A stretch of 64,000 nt of DNA from a virus (IMGVR_UViG_3300032283_000554:1-64000); one strand, 5' to 3'. Counted from the first letter of the stretch, positions 56,897-63,253 are shown. Notes: a model not told the origin generated them from the letters alone. Made by a program: numbers and translations.

Positions 56897-56971
56897 TAGG
56901 CCTATTGGGATTTGAACCCAAAGTCGATTGCATATAAGACAATTGCTTTAACCAGATTAAGCTATAGGCCC
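56897..56971 (-). tRNA. tRNA-Ile (anticodon TAT)
   Basis: GGGCCTA TA GCTT-AATCTGGTTA-AAGC A ATTGT-CTTATAT-GCAAT CGACT TTGGG-TTCAAAT-CCCAA TAGGCCT A; full cloverleaf, no encoded CCA. Confidence 0.88.
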
Positions 56972-56976
56972 TTATA

Positions 56977-57054
56977 TTAGCCTATTATCTGGTACATAAT
57001 GCCAAGGATGAAAGTCATTACAGTTACTATGGCTATTGCCAAAAGAAGTTTCAC
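56977..57054 (-). CDS. Small membrane peptide (25 aa)
   Basis: GTG start; MKLLLAIAIVTVMTFILGIMYQIIG*; GTGA overlap with upstream gene. Confidence 0.4.
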   Translation of the reverse strand: MKLLLAIAIVTVMTFILGIMYQIIG

Positions 57055-57158
57055 TGTTCTATCCCCGTTTTTTTAAAAATTGAATCTAGGACTTCATCCA
57101 TAGAATCATCTATTGTTCTAGTATGTTGTCTTGAACAGTTTCCACATTCTCTACACAT
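57051..57158 (-). CDS. Small Cys-rich peptide (35 aa)
   Basis: MCRECGNCSRQH...; AGGTG RBS. Confidence 0.45.
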   Translation of the reverse strand: MCRECGNCSRQHTRTIDDSMDEVLDSIFKKTGIEQ

Positions 57159-57549
57159 ACTTATCACCTATTTGTCTTATATCTTTTAATACTTTATCTG
57201 GGGATATTAGATTTTAGGAAAGCCCCCCTACCCCCCAAATTTTTTCTTTTTGGAAAGATAGAGAAAGCAATTCCTGGAACATATATCAACAGATGTTATC
57301 TGGTACATATTGAGTTTCAGGGTAAGCCCCCCACAAAGCAAACTAAGTGTAGCATTTTACTTTTACCAAAGTCAATAGCTTATATAACAGCTATGTTGAT
57401 CAAGTAGTATCTTACCATATTCCCCGCCATATATTCTAGTTGACTGCTTTTTAAGATCTATGAAAATGTTAATATATTTTTTACATGTATGATACACAAT
57501 TTGGGCAAAACGGACATTTTGGATAGTGCGCCCATGTTTTAGCGTGTTT

Positions 57550-57590
57550 TGTGATGCATCTCACACGATTTTTTTGTGACTTGCAACACA
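57550..57590. promoter_or_regulatory. Tandem CRP-type sites
   Basis: TGTGA-tgcatc-TCACA (57550-57565) and TGTGA-cttgca-ACACA (57575-57590). Confidence 0.65.
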
Positions 57591-57624
57591 ATGTCCGAAT
57601 TATACGCATTTTGAATTAGACATT

Positions 57625-57646
57625 TGTCAGACCCCCATGCTATGCT
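57625..57646 (+). promoter_or_regulatory. Early promoter TGTCAG-N10-TATGCT
   Basis: First of eight identically spaced copies, each upstream of an RBS and operon start. Confidence 0.7.
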
Positions 57647-57676
57647 TAAGGTATAACAAAAAGAAAGGTGTTCAAG

Positions 57677-57823
57677 ATGAATACATTTGAAAGAATACAG
57701 AAAGAGCAAGCGGAAAAGCGTATTGCTCAAAGAATTAAGGATAAGGCTATAGTAGAGGCTATGTTTTCTAATAACCCTCGCCCTTTAAATAACGCTTACC
57801 TACTAGCAAAAGAGGAAAACTAG
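57677..57823 (+). CDS. Early microprotein (48 aa)
   Basis: MNTFERIQKEQAEKR...; GAAAGG RBS. Confidence 0.65.
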   Translation: MNTFERIQKEQAEKRIAQRIKDKAIVEAMFSNNPRPLNNAYLLAKEEN

Positions 57824-57900
57824 TGTGACTAAGGTCACAAAAATACTTTTGCGACACACCCCCCTAACCTCCCCAATTTGTCAGACCCCCATGCTACAAT
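57824..57900 (+). promoter_or_regulatory. CRP-type site + GACAC + TGTCAG-N10-TACAAT promoter
   Basis: TGTGA-ctaagg-TCACA 57824-57839; GACAC 57853; promoter 57879-57900. Confidence 0.7.
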
Positions 57901-57932
57901 TACAGAATAACAACAACGAAAGGTCAGAATAA

Positions 57933-58046
57933 ATGACACTAGATGAATACAAGCAAATGGTAGAGGCTCAACGCCTCGCCTCCCTAGCAATAGCCCTAGA
58001 GGCTTTGCGTAAGTCCGATACAATCGCTAAGGAGATGAATAAATAA
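57933..58046 (+). CDS. Early microprotein (37 aa)
   Basis: MTLDEYKQMVEAQR...; AACGAAAGG RBS; TAATG overlap. Confidence 0.6.
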   Translation: MTLDEYKQMVEAQRLASLAIALEALRKSDTIAKEMNK

Positions 58047-58228
58047 TGTCATACGCATACTCATACGAAACTAACTCAATCTCTAAATGGGATACCATTC
58101 AAGAAGATGTCGCAGACGCATACGCTTACCTTGATGAGGTAGATGAGGAACAACCTCCACTAGATGACTTCAATGATGAAGATACAGATGAACTAGCAAA
58201 ACTATACGCACTAACTTGGGAGAACTAA
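58046..58228 (+). CDS. Acidic early microprotein
   Basis: 60 aa, Asp/Glu-rich; AAGGAG RBS. Confidence 0.65.
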   Translation: MSYAYSYETNSISKWDTIQEDVADAYAYLDEVDEEQPPLDDFNDEDTDELAKLYALTWEN

Positions 58229-58230
58229 TA

Positions 58231-58380
58231 ATGACTATCACTTACTCACTATGGGACGGCGCACAATTCTTAGGTTTCTTTACCGCTACTAGCGCAGACG
58301 AAATGAATAAGGTTGTAGCAGACTTACAAAAGGTTTCTAAAAATGTTGTAGCACACATGCGAAAGGTAGAACAGAACTAA
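58231..58380 (+). CDS. Early microprotein (49 aa)
   Basis: MTITYSLWDGAQFLG...; TAATG overlap. Confidence 0.6.
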   Translation: MTITYSLWDGAQFLGFFTATSADEMNKVVADLQKVSKNVVAHMRKVEQN

Positions 58381-58571
58381 TGACTATTGAACTAAATGAA
58401 TACGGCTTCATGTTTGACATGGGTGATTTTATTTACCTATCCCTATCATGGGCTTTCCTTATCTTGTCCTCCGTTGTTTTTATCGGTTATAAGATTTATA
58501 AGAGAGTGCAAGCACATAGATGGGCATCACTAGTAAAGAATGAACTATCTACAGATGAATGGGGTATCTAA
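58380..58571 (+). CDS. Early membrane microprotein
   Basis: 63 aa with one hydrophobic segment. Confidence 0.6.
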   Translation: MTIELNEYGFMFDMGDFIYLSLSWAFLILSSVVFIGYKIYKRVQAHRWASLVKNELSTDEWGI

Positions 58572-58690
58572 TGAATAGACTACTAACTACTCTAGTGCAA
58601 TTAGCCCTTATCGTTCCCGCCCTTATCATGGGGCGCATGATGTGGCGCGAGATCGTAGCCGACTATAGAGAGTGGGCTAACTCACACTAG
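58571..58690 (+). CDS. Early membrane microprotein (39 aa)
   Basis: MNRLLTTLVQLALIVPALIMG...; TAATG overlap. Confidence 0.55.
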   Translation: MNRLLTTLVQLALIVPALIMGRMMWREIVADYREWANSH

Positions 58691-58697
58691 CCTAACG

Positions 58698-58896
58698 GCG
58701 TGTCGGCTTGACATTGTCAAGCTGGCCCGCAAAAGAGCGGGGTTATCCACAGGGTTACGGGGGTTATCCACAACCCCCAGGATTTGCAAGCACGACACGC
58801 CCGAGATCCGTGTGAGTTTTATCACATGACTTGAGCGTCTCACATCATGGACTTACTCGCTAGTAGTTATCTTTTGTCAGTGGTATCGGCTATAAT
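58698..58896 (+). repeat. Intergenic regulatory module, copy 1
   Basis: Two hairpins; DnaA boxes 58743-58751 and 58764-58772; GACAC 58794; CRP 58811-58826; promoter 58875-58896. Confidence 0.85.
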
Positions 58897-58950
58897 TGCG
58901 GTATAACGAAAAACAGGCGGTAAAGAAATCCGCTACGAAAGGTGGTCGAA

Positions 58951-59127
58951 ATGACTACAATAAACACACTATGCAAGGCGCATGAGCCTCTTGTTTCTGC
59001 TATCTCCGAAATTGGAGATGAACAATTTACACTGTGCATGATTTGCGATAGCAACATTGAGCGTTACTACTACGATAGTGACCCTGAGCAATTTCCTACA
59101 TGGACAGATTGGTATGTGACTAAATGA
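58951..59127 (+). CDS. Early Cys/His microprotein
   Basis: Start set at MTTINT (ACGAAAGG RBS); CxxH...CxxC. Confidence 0.6.
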   Translation: MTTINTLCKAHEPLVSAISEIGDEQFTLCMICDSNIERYYYDSDPEQFPTWTDWYVTK

Positions 59128-59246
59128 GTATTTGGACAAGGTTCGCTACTGTAAGCGATTACCCTAAAGGTATGATGAACGAATGCGTGTGTGGGCAAGT
59201 AGTCCTCGCACCTAAGACACGACATGAGAATTGCGAGAATAAATAA
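59124..59246 (+). CDS. Early microprotein (40 aa)
   Basis: MSIWTRFAT...CVCG...HENC; ATGA overlap. Confidence 0.55.
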   Translation: MSIWTRFATVSDYPKGMMNECVCGQVVLAPKTRHENCENK

Positions 59247-59410
59247 TGAGTACTTTTGTACCAATTAAATCCGTATGTGGTGCGGTATCCACCACAATAG
59301 ACATGTATGACTATGAGTTAAATCCTCATGGCGTTATCTGTTGCGATAATTGCGAAAGCATTTTGTTATGCCGTAAGGCGTGGGACTTTCTTTATAAGGG
59401 GAATAAATAA
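59246..59410 (+). CDS. Early Cys-rich microprotein (54 aa)
   Basis: MSTFVPIKSVCG...ICCDNCE; TAATG overlaps. Confidence 0.6.
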   Translation: MSTFVPIKSVCGAVSTTIDMYDYELNPHGVICCDNCESILLCRKAWDFLYKGNK

Positions 59411-59550
59411 TGCCAGTTTTTAATTTTGATTTATCCGTTACTGTTGAGGCAGATGATTTTGAGTCTGCCTTATCATGGTTAAAGGTTATTCCATTGGAAC
59501 GCCTTGATTTTATTGTTGTCGATTATACAGAATTAGAGGTTAGCGAATGA
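59410..59550 (+). CDS. Early microprotein (46 aa)
   Basis: MPVFNFDLSVTVEADDFESA...; overlapping start/stop. Confidence 0.55.
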   Translation: MPVFNFDLSVTVEADDFESALSWLKVIPLERLDFIVVDYTELEVSE

Positions 59551-59741
59551 AATCACAATTAGAAAAAGATTTAGAAATTAAAGAAAGTTTTATTGATTTA
59601 CTAAATGATGTTTATCCAACTGTAAAAATTGGTTACTCTACTTTTACTCCCGCCGAAATTCTAGAGTGTTGCGACCCTGTTGCTTTTGCGATTGGTTTAG
59701 TAGAACATGAAGATTATTTAACAGAAATGGAAAATGAATAA
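59547..59741 (+). CDS. Early microprotein
   Basis: 64 aa; F.D.LND.YP.VKIG..TF.P..IL...DP.AF. Confidence 0.65.
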   Translation: MKSQLEKDLEIKESFIDLLNDVYPTVKIGYSTFTPAEILECCDPVAFAIGLVEHEDYLTEMENE

Positions 59742-59842
59742 TGGAAAAAGATATTTTTGGTTTTGCAGATGCAATTGAAATTGAATTGATCAATGAAGAA
59801 AATTTAAAAATTGTTGAATTAATTTTTAAAGATTTTAAATAA
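59741..59842 (+). CDS. Early microprotein (33 aa)
   Basis: MEKDIFGFADAI...; TAATG overlap. Confidence 0.45.
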   Translation: MEKDIFGFADAIEIELINEENLKIVELIFKDFK

Positions 59843-59851
59843 ATAAATCGT

Positions 59852-60048
59852 GGCGGTTCGACATTGTCGAGCTGGCCCGCAATATTGCGGGGTTATCCAC
59901 AGGGTTACGGGGGTTATCCACAACCCCCAGGATTTCCGACACGCCCGACACGCCCGAGATTTTGTGATTTTTATCACACGGCTTGAGCGTCTCAAAATGT
60001 GGAATTACTGGCTAGTAATTATCTTTTGTCAGTGCTATCCGCTATAAT
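59852..60048 (+). repeat. Intergenic regulatory module, copy 2
   Basis: DnaA boxes 59893-59901 and 59914-59922; GACAC x2 at 59938 and 59947; CRP 59963-59978; promoter 60027-60048. Confidence 0.85.
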
Positions 60049-60080
60049 TGCTACTATCAACAAACGAAAGGTGACAACTA

Positions 60081-60293
60081 ATGTCAGCAAATGTCTATAC
60101 AATAGAAAGCCTACTTGTAGGAAAAACTTATCACTCACGCACTTTAACAGGCGAAATTATTGACGCAGAAAAGTCTGATGTCTTTTATGGCAGAGGCTTA
60201 GAAAGTTATCGGGTTCAGGTTCGCCCACACTATCCCTCAGTATTTAATCTAAAAGATACTTATCGCTATCTATCAGTTAAGGTCGGTGACTAA
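60081..60293 (+). CDS. Early microprotein (SH3-like beta fold possible)
   Basis: 70 aa; AACGAAAGG RBS. Confidence 0.65.
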   Translation: MSANVYTIESLLVGKTYHSRTLTGEIIDAEKSDVFYGRGLESYRVQVRPHYPSVFNLKDTYRYLSVKVGD

Positions 60294-60457
60294 TGATTAA
60301 AGAATACTTACACGAAACCGAATTTTATTTTGTCAAAGATGAAATAAAAATCTGTTGTGATGAACAACAATTTATCCATGTCTGTAAAGCGCATGGCGAG
60401 CAACAAGGTTGCTACTTTTGCGAATTTAACCCTTATGAGAATTGCGAGTGTGAATAA
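60293..60457 (+). CDS. Early Cys-rich microprotein (54 aa)
   Basis: CCDE...CKAH...CYFC...CEC; TAATG overlaps. Confidence 0.6.
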   Translation: MIKEYLHETEFYFVKDEIKICCDEQQFIHVCKAHGEQQGCYFCEFNPYENCECE

Positions 60458-60600
60458 TGATTAACTCAGTATTAACAATAGATTGCCAAGATTGCTTTGG
60501 TCACGGAGTAATCTTTTTTGGTAATGATAATGATTTCGATTGCGAACCTTGCGATTGTGTAAATGACGGCTCACTATTTTGGAACGGAGAAAATAACTAA
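60457..60600 (+). CDS. Early Zn-finger-like microprotein (47 aa)
   Basis: CQDCFGHG...CEPCDC; TAATG overlaps. Confidence 0.6.
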   Translation: MINSVLTIDCQDCFGHGVIFFGNDNDFDCEPCDCVNDGSLFWNGENN

Positions 60601-60806
60601 TGTATAAACTAACTTGCGCTTATGACTCAAATGCTCCGCATTGGTCAGCGGAATACGAAAACGAATTTGGTGCTTGGGAAAACTTTTTCCTATTTACCGA
60701 TTGGGGATTTGCTGATGAATACGCAACTGTAAATCTTTACACACCTAGCGGAAAATGCCACACGAAAATATTTTATCGTGAAGGCAGAAGGGTCGTAATT
60801 AAATGA
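60600..60806 (+). CDS. Early microprotein
   Basis: 68 aa ORF in operon. Confidence 0.65.
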   Translation: MYKLTCAYDSNAPHWSAEYENEFGAWENFFLFTDWGFADEYATVNLYTPSGKCHTKIFYREGRRVVIK

Positions 60807-60961
60807 AAACTTTTGAATTTCTAACTTACATAAATGTAGAAGCAGAAAATTATGATGAAGCCATAGATGTATTTCAATTTCAATTAAAATACGGAATAAA
60901 TAAAGATAATGTCTATGTCGCAGACATAACAGATTTAACTATCGAAAGCGTAGAGGTATAA
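60803..60961 (+). CDS. Early microprotein (52 aa)
   Basis: MKTFEFLTYINVEAENYDEA...; ATGA overlap; resembles 59410..59550. Confidence 0.55.
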   Translation: MKTFEFLTYINVEAENYDEAIDVFQFQLKYGINKDNVYVADITDLTIESVEV

Positions 60962-60965
60962 AAAA

Positions 60966-61157
60966 ATGATGACAAGAAAAGATTATGTCGCGGTTGCAGA
61001 AATTTTAAATTATGCAAGCGATAAAACTCATCCCGCTGTATTTTCTAAAATGGTAAATGATTTCGCTGAAATGTTTGCGAAAGATAATGAGCGATTTGAT
61101 GTAAAGCGATTTCATGAAGCGAGTGGGTATCATGTCCCAAAACTCACTACGAGATAA
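60966..61157 (+). CDS. Early microprotein
   Basis: MTRKDYVAVAEIL...FAKDNERFD..RF..A. Confidence 0.65.
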   Translation: MMTRKDYVAVAEILNYASDKTHPAVFSKMVNDFAEMFAKDNERFDVKRFHEASGYHVPKLTTR

Positions 61158-61263
61158 AGTAAAGCGAATTCAGGAATTGCGTCGCAGTAATGCGGCGCAA
61201 CCTGTTCGCAATAAGAAAAAATATTTTCGCAAGATCAAGCACAAAAATAAAATTGCAGAGTAA
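61132..61263 (+). CDS. Basic peptide with ArfA-like motif (43 aa)
   Basis: MSQNSLRDKVKRIQELRRSNAAQPVRNKKKYFRKIKHKNKIAE*. Confidence 0.5.
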   Translation: MSQNSLRDKVKRIQELRRSNAAQPVRNKKKYFRKIKHKNKIAE

Positions 61264-61391
61264 TGCATAGTTATGCAGGCCCGCAATACTGCGGGGTCGG
61301 GCGTGTCGTTACGGGTGTGATTAAAATCACCCTGGATTTTTGTTAAAGCTCTCGGCGTGTCTTAGATAATGTCAGCCCATTCTGCTATACT
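61264..61391 (+). repeat. Intergenic regulatory module, partial copy (no DnaA boxes)
   Basis: TGCATA-gt-TATGCA and CCCGC...GCGGG hairpins; GTGTC at 61303 and 61357; TGTGA-N6-TCACC at 61316; promoter 61370-61391. Confidence 0.7.
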
Positions 61392-61420
61392 TGCCATTCA
61401 ACTAACGAAAGGCTCATCCC

Positions 61421-61531
61421 ATGGATTTCTATGATGACTACTATGAAACAGATATGCTACGCCCTGACGCTAAGTCATGCTATTGCAAGGTCAATTTAAT
61501 TTGCACTAATTGCGCGGAGAGTTATAACTAA
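61421..61531 (+). CDS. Early Cys-rich microprotein (36 aa)
   Basis: MDFYDDYY...CYC....ICTNC; AACGAAAGG RBS; TAATG overlap. Confidence 0.55.
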   Translation: MDFYDDYYETDMLRPDAKSCYCKVNLICTNCAESYN

Positions 61532-62253
61532 TGACTAAACTAAAACGATCTAACGATAGAAAGGTGGCTAACCTTGTCACAAAAAACGGAAAGCAAGCGG
61601 CAATTGCCAATACTTTTGGATTACCCGCAGGAAAAGCATATTCATGTCCTGGAGCGACTAGCATATGCGAAAGTGTTTGTTATGCTGGGAAACTTGAAAA
61701 AGTATTCCCAACAGTAAAAGTTAATCTATTACACAATTGGGAACTATTGCGTAATGCTGATTACTTAACCATGCTTAATCTGATATCTGAGATGATTGAT
61801 GAATTCAAGGCTGACTGTGTAAAAAAGAATGCGCCTATGCTATTCCGCATTCACTGGGACGGCGATTTCTTTAATGATACTTATACTACTGCATGGTCTG
61901 ATGTAATTAAACTTAATGATGATGTGCAATTTTGGGTTTACACCCGCGTTAAGTCTGCCGCGCTTATTCTTAAGGATATATCTAACCTATCTCTTTACTA
62001 TTCAACGGATGATGACAATAAGGAGATAGGTCATGAACTAAAAAAGAATGAGGGTATCCGTCTTGCTTATCTAGGCAAGACATTTGCCGTAACAGAAGAC
62101 ACAATGAAAGAATTGACGGGCAAGCCTGGCGCTAAGTGTCCTGAGAATATGAAAAGCATTCCGCTAATTAGCAATGCGGGATCTGCATGCGTGTCATGCG
62201 GTTTGTGTGTTTACGGGAAAGCGGATATTAGATTTTCTGCAACTAAAAAATAA
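61531..62253 (+). CDS. GP88-family (radical-SAM-like Fe-S) phage protein
   Basis: FGLPAG..YSCPGAT..C...CYA...FRIHWDGDF...FWVYTR...NLSLY.S.D...CP...C..C.LC. Confidence 0.7.
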   Translation: MTKLKRSNDRKVANLVTKNGKQAAIANTFGLPAGKAYSCPGATSICESVCYAGKLEKVFPTVKVNLLHNWELLRNADYLTMLNLISEMIDEFKADCVKKNAPMLFRIHWDGDFFNDTYTTAWSDVIKLNDDVQFWVYTRVKSAALILKDISNLSLYYSTDDDNKEIGHELKKNEGIRLAYLGKTFAVTEDTMKELTGKPGAKCPENMKSIPLISNAGSACVSCGLCVYGKADIRFSATKK

Positions 62254-62258
62254 ATTGC

Positions 62259-62422
62259 AGCGTGTCGGCTTGACAATGTTGAGCTGGCCCGCAATATTGC
62301 GGGGTTATCCACAGGGTTACGGTGGTTATCCACAACCCCCTGGAATTTGTGAGATTAATCACAAAATAAATTAGATAAAGCTTGGGCGTGTTGCATAATT
62401 TGTCAGTGGCATAGTCTATAAT
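62259..62422 (+). repeat. Intergenic regulatory module, copy 3
   Basis: DnaA boxes 62305-62313 and 62326-62334; CRP 62348-62363; promoter 62401-62422. Confidence 0.85.
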
Positions 62423-62451
62423 ACTCTTATACCAACAACGAAAGGCAATAA

Positions 62452-62655
62452 ATGAAAATAGAACATAGTCTAAAGTTTGTTACAGAGTTTAAGGAAGGCC
62501 ACCCTATAACTACACAAATGAAAATGCTTGATGAAGGCACTCGCGTAATAATGCTAGAGTCACTACTAAAAGAATTAGTCGGTAGCCGACTACAACCTAT
62601 CCTTGATGAAATAAATGAAAATGGCTCATACGCAATTCTAAAGGTGGCAGAATAA
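62452..62655 (+). CDS. Early microprotein
   Basis: 67 aa; AACGAAAGG RBS. Confidence 0.65.
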   Translation: MKIEHSLKFVTEFKEGHPITTQMKMLDEGTRVIMLESLLKELVGSRLQPILDEINENGSYAILKVAE

Positions 62656-62927
62656 TGGGATACACAACAGCGTTAGACTTATCAGAAAACTTAGACATAA
62701 CACTAGAACAGGCAATCGGTTATCACTTACAGGGTAATCACTATCCACCCGTTCCGCTTTCTATGGTGCAACCTTGCATTGATGCTATTGATGCTATTCA
62801 TGCGGGTGATGGCGATACGCCAATAGCACTTCCTGAAGGTGTTAAATACAAGGATCGAACAACAGCACCCGCGTGGGCAATCGCTGAGCAGCACCACTTA
62901 GAAGCGTGGCTACCTGAGTGTGACTAA
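62655..62927 (+). CDS. Hypothetical protein
   Basis: 90 aa; HL.GNHYPPVP...C..AI...HHLEAW. Confidence 0.7.
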   Translation: MGYTTALDLSENLDITLEQAIGYHLQGNHYPPVPLSMVQPCIDAIDAIHAGDGDTPIALPEGVKYKDRTTAPAWAIAEQHHLEAWLPECD

Positions 62928-62994
62928 GGTCACACAATAATTATCTCAAATGCTGAGACAGGGCTAGACTAATGTCAGACCCAAATGATACAAT
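62919..62994 (+). promoter_or_regulatory. CRP-type site + TGTCAG-N10-TACAAT promoter
   Basis: TGTGA-ctaagg-TCACA 62919-62934 (identical to 57824); promoter 62973-62994. Confidence 0.7.
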
Positions 62995-63023
62995 ACTAAC
63001 CTAACAAAGAAAAGAGGCAATAA

Positions 63024-63206
63024 ATGACAATCAACGACAAGTTGTACCAAGTAGGGGATTTATTCACTACACTAAAGTCAAAGAAAACAGGTGTGATTAA
63101 GGAAATCCACCCACAGGCATCTGGCTCGGTGCGTGTGCTACTAGAAATGCCAACGAAAGAAACTCGTTGGACTTCGGTATCCGCTCAAACGCTACTAGGC
63201 GTATAA
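63024..63206 (+). CDS. Early microprotein (SH3/KOW-like)
   Basis: YQVGDLF...KTGVIKEI...VRVLL...RWTSV. Confidence 0.6.
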   Translation: MTINDKLYQVGDLFTTLKSKKTGVIKEIHPQASGSVRVLLEMPTKETRWTSVSAQTLLGV

Positions 63207-63231
63207 TCTAAAGGCAGGTGGGTCGCAGAAA

Positions 63232-63253
63232 TGTCAGACCCACCTGCTATAAT
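63232..63253 (+). promoter_or_regulatory. Early promoter TGTCAG-N10-TATAAT
   Basis: Eighth copy; overlaps an 11-bp inverted repeat at 63214-63247. Confidence 0.7.

Noticed and set aside
56500-57550. Prophage boundary / host chromosome junction (tRNA + parS + DnaA boxes)
   Set aside because: Genes on both sides are phage-like, with no integrase or att duplication and no dnaA/dnaN/gidA housekeeping context
59850-62374. ORFs 59850..60047 and 62174..62374
   Set aside because: They run through the repeated regulatory modules in different frames without a conserved protein or RBS
58698-62422. CRISPR array
   Set aside because: Repeats are ~130-200 bp, separated by >1 kb of genes, with no regular spacers and no cas genes
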